A stretch of 32,000 nucleotides of DNA from Prochlorococcus marinus str. NATL2A. GTDB taxonomy: Bacteria > Cyanobacteriota > Cyanobacteriia > PCC-6307 > Cyanobiaceae. The stretch is from positions 600,001 to 632,000 of the forward strand of contig NC_007335.2 of the NCBI RefSeq assembly GCF_000012465.1. The letters are read 5' to 3'. The notes under the pieces were generated by a model. That model searched no databases. It saw only the letters and a list, made by a program, of their open reading frames with translations, and was not told the DNA's origin. This document shows, piece after piece, positions 20,097-27,779 of the stretch (positions within the stretch are counted from its first letter, which is position 1; each line of letters opens with the position of its first letter). Position numbers and translations under genes: made by a program.

Positions 20097-20261
20097 TTAA
20101 GCTACTAAATTTTCGCCTTTACAGTCCTTGATCGAAGTCTCCAAAATCGGATAAAGAGAAATCATTTTTCCGTATTCAGGCGATGTTCTGTAAACCTTCG
20201 CTTTTTTTCTGTATTGATCTTCTGTCTCCATCTCTAGACAATTAAGTCGATTGAAGTTCAT
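20097..20261 (-). CDS. Possible unlisted 54-aa small ORF
   Basis: Hand translation of the minus strand from ATG (20261-20259) gives MNFNRLNCLEMETEDQYRKKAKVYRTSPEYGKMISLYPILETSIKDCKGENLVA*, with the stop at 20099-20097. It is below the length of anything on the ORF track. Composition is hydrophilic and not typical AT-rich junk. Confidence 0.3.
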   Translation of the reverse strand: MNFNRLNCLEMETEDQYRKKAKVYRTSPEYGKMISLYPILETSIKDCKGENLVA

Positions 20262-20634
20262 GATTCATTATCAAAAGGGATTTAACTATTTAATAGTTAT
20301 AAATAATGAGACCAAATTAATCTTTTATATTAATTACATATTTGGTTGTCTTTATATGGATTATGGGTCTTAATTGGTCTCGAATGCCTGATAAAAATTT
20401 ATTTTATGTATCAATTAATTCTTTAATTAACAAGTCTTGGTCATGCAATTCGCTTGATTATTTTGTCATGAGTCTTTGGCTGTCTGTTTTGTATTGTTTA
20501 AAACCTGCTTTTTTTGATATTTTTTTATTTCATTGGATTTAAATAATAAAAAAAATTTACAGATTCTTTCTGTTGCATGAGTATTCGGTGAAATTGAAGT
20601 ATTCTCTATTCGGTTTTGAAAAATAGAACTTCTA

Positions 20635-21684
20635 ATGCAGACCTATGGAAATTCAGCCGTCACCTACGGGTGGTGGGCTGGTAACTCAGGGGTCACCAAC
20701 CGTTCAGGCAAATTTATTGCTGCTCATGCCGCTCATACCGGTTTGATTGCTTTCTGGGCTGGTGCCTTCACGTTATTTGAATTGGCTCGATTTGACCCTT
20801 CTGTACCAATGGGTCATCAGCCTTTAATTGCGCTTCCTCATTTAGCAACTTTGGGTATAGGTTTCGATGAAACTGGAACCTTTGTTGGTGGAAGTGCGGT
20901 TGTTGCAGTTGCTGTGTGTCATCTAGTTGGATCCATGGCTTATGGGGCAGGTGGATTGATGCACTCTCTTCTTTTCTCTAGTGACATGCAGGAATCTTCT
21001 GTGCCACAGGCCAGAAAATTCAAGCTTGAATGGGACAACCCAGATAACCAGACTTTCATCCTTGGACATCATTTGATTTTCTTTGGTGTTGCATGTATTT
21101 GGTTTGTTGAATGGGCGCGAATTCATGGGGTCTACGATCCTTCTATTGGTGCTATTCGTCAGGTTGAATACGACCTTAATTTGAGTCATATCTGGGATCA
21201 TCAGTTTGATTTTCTAACTATTGACAGCTTGGAGGATGTTATGGGAGGTCATGCTTTCTTGGCTTTCTTAGAAATTACTGGTGGTGCTTTCCATATCGCT
21301 ACTAAGCAAGTTGGAGAATATACGAAGTTCAAAGGAGCTGGGCTTCTTTCTGCAGAAGCTATTCTTTCTTGGTCACTAGCTGGTATTGGCTGGATGGCAG
21401 TTGTCGCAGCATTCTGGAGTGCAACAAATACCACTGTTTACCCTGTTGAATGGTTTGGAGAACCACTAGCACTTAAATTTGGAATATCTCCTTATTGGGT
21501 AGATACTGTTGATTTAGGTTCAGCCCACACTTCTAGGGCTTGGCTAGCTAATGTTCATTACTACTTTGGATTTTTCTTTATTCAGGGTCACCTATGGCAT
21601 GCTCTTAGGGCAATGGGATTCGATTTCAAACGAGTAACTAGTGCCTTAAGTAATCTTGATACTGCTTCAGTATCTTTAAAATAG
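20635..21684 (+). CDS. pcb: Chlorophyll a/b-binding light-harvesting antenna protein, Pcb/IsiA (CP43-like) family
   Basis: 349 aa. MQTYGNSAVTYGWWAGNSGVTNRSGKFIAAHAAHTGLIAFWAGAFTLFELARFD is the diagnostic Pcb/IsiA N-terminus. Six hydrophobic helices. This gene has the highest GC among the lines I counted (29/60 at 20701-20760). Confidence 0.93.
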   Translation: MQTYGNSAVTYGWWAGNSGVTNRSGKFIAAHAAHTGLIAFWAGAFTLFELARFDPSVPMGHQPLIALPHLATLGIGFDETGTFVGGSAVVAVAVCHLVGSMAYGAGGLMHSLLFSSDMQESSVPQARKFKLEWDNPDNQTFILGHHLIFFGVACIWFVEWARIHGVYDPSIGAIRQVEYDLNLSHIWDHQFDFLTIDSLEDVMGGHAFLAFLEITGGAFHIATKQVGEYTKFKGAGLLSAEAILSWSLAGIGWMAVVAAFWSATNTTVYPVEWFGEPLALKFGISPYWVDTVDLGSAHTSRAWLANVHYYFGFFFIQGHLWHALRAMGFDFKRVTSALSNLDTASVSLK

Positions 21685-21704
21685 TTAAATAAATTTAACT
21701 TAAT

Positions 21705-21735
21705 AAAAAAGCCCCACATTTATGGGGCTTTTTTA
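21705..21735 (+). terminator. Rho-independent terminator of pcb
   Basis: GCCCCA (21711-21716) pairs with TGGGGC (21723-21728) around a 6-nt loop. The stem is flanked by an A6 run upstream and a T-run at 21729-21734, 20 nt after the pcb stop. Confidence 0.8.
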
Positions 21736-21777
21736 TTGGGTTCTATTTATCAATAGCTCAATTCTTTCAATAATAAT

Positions 21778-21827
21778 TAATCAGATTTTTATTAGTTTAA
21801 AATATTAAACTAATAAAAATCTGATTA
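21778..21827. repeat. Perfect long inverted repeat (hairpin or palindromic operator)
   Basis: AATCAGATTTTTATTAGTTTA (21779-21799) is the exact reverse complement of TAAACTAATAAAAATCTGATT (21806-21826). The flanking pairs 21778/21827 and 21800/21805 also match, giving 22-23 bp around a 4-6 nt loop. Confidence 0.85.
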
Positions 21828-21976
21828 TGGTTTGATCTCAGGTTTGCTAATAATTAAAGCTAATTAATTGATTTGATTGAGATATGATAAGAATCAAAAT
21901 TACTTTAGATGTTAAATATTCATATGGGATATTATTTTTTAGGGATTTTCATTTACTTCCGTAAGCTTGTTAATAG

Positions 21977-23362
21977 ATGAGTCTGTCGTTTTTAGGTTTG
22001 GAAGACCTATATAAAATTAATGCAATCCCAACGTTAGTCCTCTCTTTGGGTTTGCTTGGACTGATAGGAATTCTTTTAACCCTTGGTAGAAGATTGGATT
22101 CCGCGATGAAGTTGGAAAGATTTGGTATTCCCATAGCCCTTTTAATTGGAGCTTTAGGTTTTTTAATCGGTCCTTATGGACCTCTTTCTTTATTACCAGA
22201 AAGGGTTCTGAATACTTGGATGCAATTACCAACTCCATTGCTTACTTTAGTCTTTGCGACCTTAATGCTAGGAAGACCTATTCCAAGAATTAGTGCTTTA
22301 TGGAAACCAGTTGCTTCGCAGGCATTGCTTGGACTTTTATTAGGTTTTGGTCAATATGTTGTTGGTGGGATAATTGTGCTGTCATTTCTGCTTCCTTATT
22401 TAGGAGTAGATCCACTGATGGGATGCATTATTGAAGTTGGTTTTGAAGGAGGACATGGAGCTGCGGCAATAATGGGAGAAAGTTTTATGAAGTTAGGTTT
22501 TCCTGAGGGATTAGATCTGGGCTTTGCAATGGCAACTGTAGGATTACTTGCTTCTACTTTGCTAGGGAGCGGTTTGGTTGTCCTAGGTAGGTTTTTTGGA
22601 TGGCTTGTAACTACTGAACAAGAGCTCCCAAATGATTTAAATGATATTGAATTTGCAATCAAACCAATTGAACAACTTAAGTCGCTTTTATATAATTTTG
22701 CTCTACTAGGATTAGCGGTATTGATTGGAATCTTTTTTCTTTATTGTTTAAGGCTATCTTCTACTTTTTCTAGTGATATAAGTAAGCAGGTGATATTAGC
22801 TTTCCCAGTATTTCCATTGGCTTTGATGGGTTCATTTTTAGTTAGATTTTTATTGGAAAAAACTGGAAAGACTAAATTAGTATCATCACTTTTTCAACGA
22901 GAGATTGGCATACTTTCAACCGATTTACTCATAATTACCGCGATGGCAGGATTGAATTTACCTTTATTAGTTAACTACTGGGTTCCAATAACCATTTTAG
23001 CCGTTGGTGGATTGATTTGGAATCTTGTAGGGATGTTGATTTTTTCTAGATTATTTTTTAGAGAAGAATGGTTTGTAAGAGCAATAGCAGAGTTCGGAAA
23101 TTCAACAGGAGTTGCAGCTAGTGGACTATTACTTTTGAGATTGGCTGATCCAAGAAATTCTACTAATACGTTACCTGTATTTTCTATTAAGCAATTATTT
23201 CTTCAACCACTTCTTTCTGGAGGTCTGATTACTGTAATAGCGCCTTTGTTTATTAGTAATTTTGGGCTTAAAGGGTGGACAGAATTTTGTGGATTAGTTT
23301 CATTGTCTTTATGTGTAATAGCAATATCTCTACAGTCAAGATATACAAAAGCCTCAGCATGA
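21977..23362 (+). CDS. gltS: Sodium/glutamate symporter-like transporter (ESS/GltS family)
   Basis: 461 aa, polytopic. GVDPLMGCIIEVGFEGGHGAAAIMGESF and AEFGNSTGVAASGLLLLRLADP align with the two re-entrant-loop regions of E. coli GltS (GLDPLMG...GGHGTGAA and GHCGFGLGATPTA). Confidence 0.7.
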   Translation: MSLSFLGLEDLYKINAIPTLVLSLGLLGLIGILLTLGRRLDSAMKLERFGIPIALLIGALGFLIGPYGPLSLLPERVLNTWMQLPTPLLTLVFATLMLGRPIPRISALWKPVASQALLGLLLGFGQYVVGGIIVLSFLLPYLGVDPLMGCIIEVGFEGGHGAAAIMGESFMKLGFPEGLDLGFAMATVGLLASTLLGSGLVVLGRFFGWLVTTEQELPNDLNDIEFAIKPIEQLKSLLYNFALLGLAVLIGIFFLYCLRLSSTFSSDISKQVILAFPVFPLALMGSFLVRFLLEKTGKTKLVSSLFQREIGILSTDLLIITAMAGLNLPLLVNYWVPITILAVGGLIWNLVGMLIFSRLFFREEWFVRAIAEFGNSTGVAASGLLLLRLADPRNSTNTLPVFSIKQLFLQPLLSGGLITVIAPLFISNFGLKGWTEFCGLVSLSLCVIAISLQSRYTKASA

Positions 23363-23431
23363 TAAAAATGTACTTAACTAAAGTTATAATTTATATAAAT
23401 ATAACTTTTAATAAACTTTTTCCCCCTTTAT

Positions 23432-23689
23432 ATGAATCGACAAATTTACAAAGATATTCCCCCTCAAGAATCAAAAGAAAAATGGTTTAAAAGTCATCTG
23501 CTTGGGAAAGAGGTTGAATTAAGAGAACTCTATGAGTTGCCTCAGGATCAGTTGGATTTAGTCATGGCAGAGACTGCAGAGTTTAGGAGCGATATAGGAA
23601 ATAGAGATAGAAATCTAGGTAAATTTTGTACAGCTGGTTATTTTTTAGAGCTATCAAGAATCATTGACAAAAGAAGGGCCTCAGAATGA
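23432..23689 (+). CDS. Hypothetical protein
   Basis: 85-aa ATG ORF, hydrophilic. No domain recognised. Confidence 0.45.
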   Translation: MNRQIYKDIPPQESKEKWFKSHLLGKEVELRELYELPQDQLDLVMAETAEFRSDIGNRDRNLGKFCTAGYFLELSRIIDKRRASE

Positions 23690-23701
23690 TTTTCTGCTCT
23701 A

Positions 23702-24370
23702 TTATCCAATAAATAGAGGTTCATTTTTCTTACTCCATGGTTCATTCTTTTTCATAACTATTGGATATTTCTCATGCGTAAAAAAATAATTTAACCAACA
23801 ACGTAAATATTGGATTTCATAGTTTTGATCAAAGTTTATTGTGTCAGCTATTCTAAATTGCCTTACAAATGGCCAGATAGCCCAATCAGCTAAGCTTTCT
23901 TTTGCATCAACAAGAAATAACGGTTTTCCTTCATTTGAATATACTTTTAATCTGTTATTTAAAGATAAAAGTATTTTCATGGCTTCAGAACGATGAGTTT
24001 CTGATTCTTCAATATTAAATCTAGATGCATATTTAAATCGATCTAAATGATATTTAAATGCATTATCATTTATTTCTATAAGACTCAAAATTTCTTTTGA
24101 AATATCATTATTTTTATCACCAAATAATTCATTCATATTTGATCTTTTGATACTCCAGATCATTATTTCTAGGCTCTCATCAATTACTTTATTTAAACTA
24201 GTCTTTAATACAGGTACAGTTGCTTTTTTAGAAATTTGAATTAATTCTATAGGCTTGTTCTTTAGTTCGACCTCTCTTAACTCCACTGGTTGATTGGTAT
24301 TTAATAAAGCCCATCTAGCTCTAATTGCGTAAGGACATCGTCTAAAGCTATATAGAATATTGTGCTTCAT
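23702..24370 (-). CDS. Glutathione S-transferase-like / Grx2-like protein
   Basis: 222 aa. The N-terminal thioredoxin-fold motif LYSFRRCPYAIRARWAL...ATVPVLK is typical of Cys-type GST N-domains. Confidence 0.65.
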   Translation of the reverse strand: MKHNILYSFRRCPYAIRARWALLNTNQPVELREVELKNKPIELIQISKKATVPVLKTSLNKVIDESLEIMIWSIKRSNMNELFGDKNNDISKEILSLIEINDNAFKYHLDRFKYASRFNIEESETHRSEAMKILLSLNNRLKVYSNEGKPLFLVDAKESLADWAIWPFVRQFRIADTINFDQNYEIQYLRCWLNYFFTHEKYPIVMKKNEPWSKKNEPLFIG

Positions 24371-24536
24371 AATTTTCCTGTTAAAATCATCTTATCTCTT
24401 ATGCCTAGATATGATTAGTCAGTAGTATTCATCACAATAGAATATGCTCCACAAGTATATCCTTTATGATTTTCCATGGAAATTATATTTTACTATTAAA
24501 ATATATTCCTTTCGCTTTTTTTAAGAAAATTAAATT

Positions 24537-25097
24537 ATGTCAGGATTTGTTTATTTAATGAAAAATGGTGATTTATATAAACTTGGATGTACCACTAATT
24601 TGAAAGGTGAGGCGAGTAAAATGAAACCAGGTGAAATAATTTCTTCTTTCAAAACTAATGATCCAAAATCTTTTGAAGTAAGATTGCTAAGGCTTTATAA
24701 GAAAAAAAGAATTCCGGATACGAATTATTTTCGTCTATCTGAATCTGAAGTTAATAATTGTAAAAAACATTTAGAAGGCAAAAGTAATTTTCCAAAAAGT
24801 TTAAATGATGAGTTAAGAATTGGATTAAATGGATCTTTGTTTTTCGCAGTTATAACTTTTCTGATTTCTTTCCTTATTAATAAGATGTTTATATTTAGTT
24901 TTTCTATCTCAATATTATTTTCCTCTCTCCCTATGTGGTCGCTTGCAATTCTTGGTAGCTTTGGAGGTTATGATGCTGATGACCTTTCACTTTTTTCGAC
25001 AGTTTCTAATAGATTTAAAGGTCTTTTGATAGCTATTTCTATGATTTCAGTGTCATATGTTCTATATACTTTTTCTCGTTTTGTAATTACCTTTTAA
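24537..25097 (+). CDS. T5orf172 / GIY-YIG-superfamily domain protein fused to a multi-pass membrane C-terminus
   Basis: 186 aa. GFVYLMKNGDLYKLGCTTNL...EVRLLRLYKKKRIPDTNYFRLSESEV fits the T5orf172 (PF10544-like) pattern. Residues ~95-186 contain 3-4 hydrophobic segments (LFFAVITFLISFLI, FIFSFSISILFSSLPMWSLAILGSFGG, LLIAISMISVSYVLYTF). Confidence 0.65.
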   Translation: MSGFVYLMKNGDLYKLGCTTNLKGEASKMKPGEIISSFKTNDPKSFEVRLLRLYKKKRIPDTNYFRLSESEVNNCKKHLEGKSNFPKSLNDELRIGLNGSLFFAVITFLISFLINKMFIFSFSISILFSSLPMWSLAILGSFGGYDADDLSLFSTVSNRFKGLLIAISMISVSYVLYTFSRFVITF

Positions 25098-25198
25098 TCT
25101 GGACAATTATTTTTTTTATTTATATAATTTATAACTTCTTGCTCAATTTTCTTATTATAGCTATAAATATATTTAATAGTTAGTGTACTTTAGAAAGT

Positions 25199-25453
25199 AT
25201 GAACATTTCTGATTATCTTCAATTTTTAGAACCAATACAAGAACAGCTGAATAAGGTTTACTCAATCGCTTCACTGGCTCTTACCGTATTGGTTTGTTTA
25301 TGGCTCTTTAATTTTATAGTTGGTCTCATTCAAAGAACGTATTCAGTAGGTAAAGCAATAGGAGGGGTTTATAGAAACTATTTTCATAAGTATCTTCGTC
25401 AGGCAATTCTGGGAGTGTTGAATACATTTAAAAAAACTACTAATCCTATTTAA
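25199..25453 (+). CDS. Small single-pass membrane protein (hypothetical)
   Basis: 84 aa with one clear hydrophobic helix (SIASLALTVLVCLWLFNFIVGLI). Same strand as the T5orf172 gene and 101 nt downstream of it. Confidence 0.45.
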   Translation: MNISDYLQFLEPIQEQLNKVYSIASLALTVLVCLWLFNFIVGLIQRTYSVGKAIGGVYRNYFHKYLRQAILGVLNTFKKTTNPI

Positions 25454-25470
25454 AAAACAAGACTTATCTT

Positions 25471-26184
25471 CTAAATGTTTGTTTCAAGTTGACAATTTAG
25501 TGAGATTTCAAAAGGAATAGAACTGTTTGGTAAAGTAAGTAAATTGGAGCAAATACTTGCAATATCCTTTGCTTGTGACATATCTTTTTTGGGATAATGT
25601 TTTATTTCTTTTGCCATGTCTGTATTTACCCAGCCTGGGCAAATAGCTGTAACTCTAATACCGTTTCCCCATCCTTCATTTCTCATTGTTTGGCATAAGC
25701 TCATTAAAGCAAATTTACTCATAGAATAGCCACACAAGTTACCTTTTGATCGTTTTCCACTCATTGATACTAATACAATAATTCGTGCTGAATTGCTTAG
25801 AGATAAATACTTCCAAGCATGTTTTGTTAGTATCCATGGCCCCATCACATTAACTTTCCATAGATCTTCAATATCTTTCATTTCATTATCATTAAATAAT
25901 AGTTTTGTTCTTTTGAATATTCCAGCACAATGAATAATAGTATCAACACTTTTAAAAGTTTCAAATGTTTTTTCTACCCATTTCTTTGATGAGTTTTGAT
26001 CAGTTGCATCATAGGTGTGAACCAAGAAACTATCTGAATTGTTTATTTTTGGATCTAATGGTGTATTAAATAAATCGTCTCTTTCTCTTACTCCTAAGCT
26101 TAAATAATGTCCTTCTTTAAGTAATTTTATTGCTATCGCTTTTCCTATACCTCTACTTGCTCCACTTATAAGGATTTTTCTCAT
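25471..26184 (-). CDS. Short-chain dehydrogenase/reductase (classical SDR)
   Basis: 237 aa. ISGASRGIGKAIA cofactor motif and the YSMSK catalytic Tyr-x3-Lys. Its ATG overlaps the crtL TGA (ATGA at 26184-26181 on the minus strand). Confidence 0.85.
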   Translation of the reverse strand: MRKILISGASRGIGKAIAIKLLKEGHYLSLGVRERDDLFNTPLDPKINNSDSFLVHTYDATDQNSSKKWVEKTFETFKSVDTIIHCAGIFKRTKLLFNDNEMKDIEDLWKVNVMGPWILTKHAWKYLSLSNSARIIVLVSMSGKRSKGNLCGYSMSKFALMSLCQTMRNEGWGNGIRVTAICPGWVNTDMAKEIKHYPKKDMSQAKDIASICSNLLTLPNSSIPFEISLNCQLETNI

Positions 26185-27467
26185 TTATTATTAACTAATA
26201 ATGCTTTAAATAATAAATATAATTCTCTACCATGCATATTCATTAATCCTTGTTTGATAGTCCAGGGTGATTTCCTAAACATCTTCCACATTGCGGATAT
26301 TAGTTCTTTAAGGCTAAGAGTATTTGTAAGGAATCCATACCATTGTTTATTAGGTAAACTAAAAAATTCTATAAAAAATCCTCTTAGCAAATTCTCTTCA
26401 AAGCGCATCAATTTTTCTAATCCAAATTTATAAATAGCTTGTTTTCTTCTAAGTTCTGATGGCCATAAGGTTTGCCATCCTTTTTTTGCTAATGAAGCTG
26501 AGGATGCTTTTGGGTCTTTCATTGCTAATGAAAGGGCTTTGGCAACTTTAGGAGCTCTTCTTAATAGGCTGCCAACCATGTATCCAGATGCAGGATGTAC
26601 CATTCCAGCAGAACCGCCAAATCCAAGGACCGGCTGTGTTAGGTAAGGGATTGGCATGTTCATCGGCAGATATGAACCATGCTCTTCATGATCAAGACTT
26701 TTTATTTCTAAACCCCGAGTCTCTAATCTTTTTTCCAGTCTTCTTTTTAACTCATCAAGAGATACTGGAGGAAATAGGCCCAAGGATGTTTCTTCTAAGA
26801 AAAACTTCCCATTTCCCATATCCATAGCGTATAAAAATGTTGGAGCTTCTTTTCTCTCCTCTGGATTCAAGTGGTCGCAACGATAATCCATTAAGACAAA
26901 TTGGCCTTTCTCTACAGGGGGTGCGCTGAACTCCCCTACGATTCCGTAACAAGTTTGAACGGCTACTGGCCCTTGGTTAGGAGACTTAATGAAAACAGGT
27001 TTGTAGCCAGTTGCGTCTATGACTACCCGAGCATTAAGCTCCTTTCCATTAGACGTTTTAACTGTGCTAATTAATTGATTCGTTTCTAAATTGACTGCTG
27101 ATCCTTTATGCCATTCTATTTCAGCATTGTTGCATTGTTCTAACCAATAAGCTTGTAATTTGTTTTTATCAAAAAGCCCATAATCTCTATTGTGTTTAGT
27201 GATTTCATTCTTTTTAGAATTTGGATCCTTGTCTCCCTCGCCAAAATAACTAATGGTATTTACCCATCTATGTTCAAGTAAATGACTTAGACCAAGTTCG
27301 TCAACTTCTTCGCCCCAAATCCCATAGGTGAAGGGCCAAGGTTCCTCTGGAGATTGTTCAGATAAGATTTCAACATCTAAGTTCTCAATCGCTAATGCTG
27401 CCGCTATAGATAAAGCGCCTGGGCCTGAGCCAAGTACTAGGGCATCTTTTAATGCTCTAGTACTCAT
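26181..27467 (-). CDS. crtL: CrtL-type lycopene cyclase (beta versus epsilon specificity not resolvable by eye)
   Basis: 428 aa. LVLGSGPGALSIAAALA dinucleotide-binding motif, and FLYAMD and GGSAGMVHPASGYMVG motifs characteristic of plant/cyanobacterial CrtL cyclases. Confidence 0.88.
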   Translation of the reverse strand: MSTRALKDALVLGSGPGALSIAAALAIENLDVEILSEQSPEEPWPFTYGIWGEEVDELGLSHLLEHRWVNTISYFGEGDKDPNSKKNEITKHNRDYGLFDKNKLQAYWLEQCNNAEIEWHKGSAVNLETNQLISTVKTSNGKELNARVVIDATGYKPVFIKSPNQGPVAVQTCYGIVGEFSAPPVEKGQFVLMDYRCDHLNPEERKEAPTFLYAMDMGNGKFFLEETSLGLFPPVSLDELKRRLEKRLETRGLEIKSLDHEEHGSYLPMNMPIPYLTQPVLGFGGSAGMVHPASGYMVGSLLRRAPKVAKALSLAMKDPKASSASLAKKGWQTLWPSELRRKQAIYKFGLEKLMRFEENLLRGFFIEFFSLPNKQWYGFLTNTLSLKELISAMWKMFRKSPWTIKQGLMNMHGRELYLLFKALLVNNK

Positions 27468-27717
27468 GGCTTCCCTTTAGGAGCGTGGCTATTTCCTTTT
27501 ACTTGGAGTCGAAAAATAGGATTTAATTTCTTAGAATTAAATTTAGTTATTTGATTGCCTCCCTGGTTTACCACTTTAAACACCAATGCCTATAAAAACA
27601 ACAATAGCTCGCGATGGCATTAAGAATGAAATGTATTAATGTTTTTTATCAACTTAATGATTTTATTTTTTTTTAAGTATTTATAAAGAGTTTTTTATTG
27701 AAGATTGAAATACTATA

Positions 27718-27747
27718 TAATTTAATTTAATTTAATTTAATTTAATT
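27718..27747. repeat. Pentanucleotide microsatellite (TTTAA)n
   Basis: TAA + 5 x TTTAA (27721-27745) + TT. It lies in the divergent crtL / POR-like intergenic region, 33 nt upstream of the 27780 ATG. Confidence 0.9.
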
Positions 27748-27779
27748 CGAAAACTATTTAATAGTAAAATTAGAAAATT

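Noticed and set aside
20283-20299. The 17-nt palindrome TAACTATTTAATAGTTA considered as a Fur box, given the IsiA/Pcb family and the Fur paralog in the window.
   Set aside because: It matches the classical GATAATGATAATCATTATC consensus only in being an AT-rich palindrome. It lies ~335 nt from the pcb ATG. I have no species-specific matrix to score it. I kept it only as part of the low-interest recurrent-motif finding.
20342-20542. A 66-aa plus-strand ORF in the pcb upstream region.
   Set aside because: It has a TTG start and an F/I/L/W/N/Y-rich composition typical of random translation of AT-rich DNA. It has no motif. I treat the region as noncoding (see the finding on the pcb leader).
23381-23407. 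The AAGTTATA / TATAACTT 8-bp hairpin after the gltS-like gene, considered as a possible terminator.
   Set aside because: The stem is AT-only, the loop is 11 nt, and there is no clean T-run. It is indistinguishable from chance structure in AT-rich spacer.
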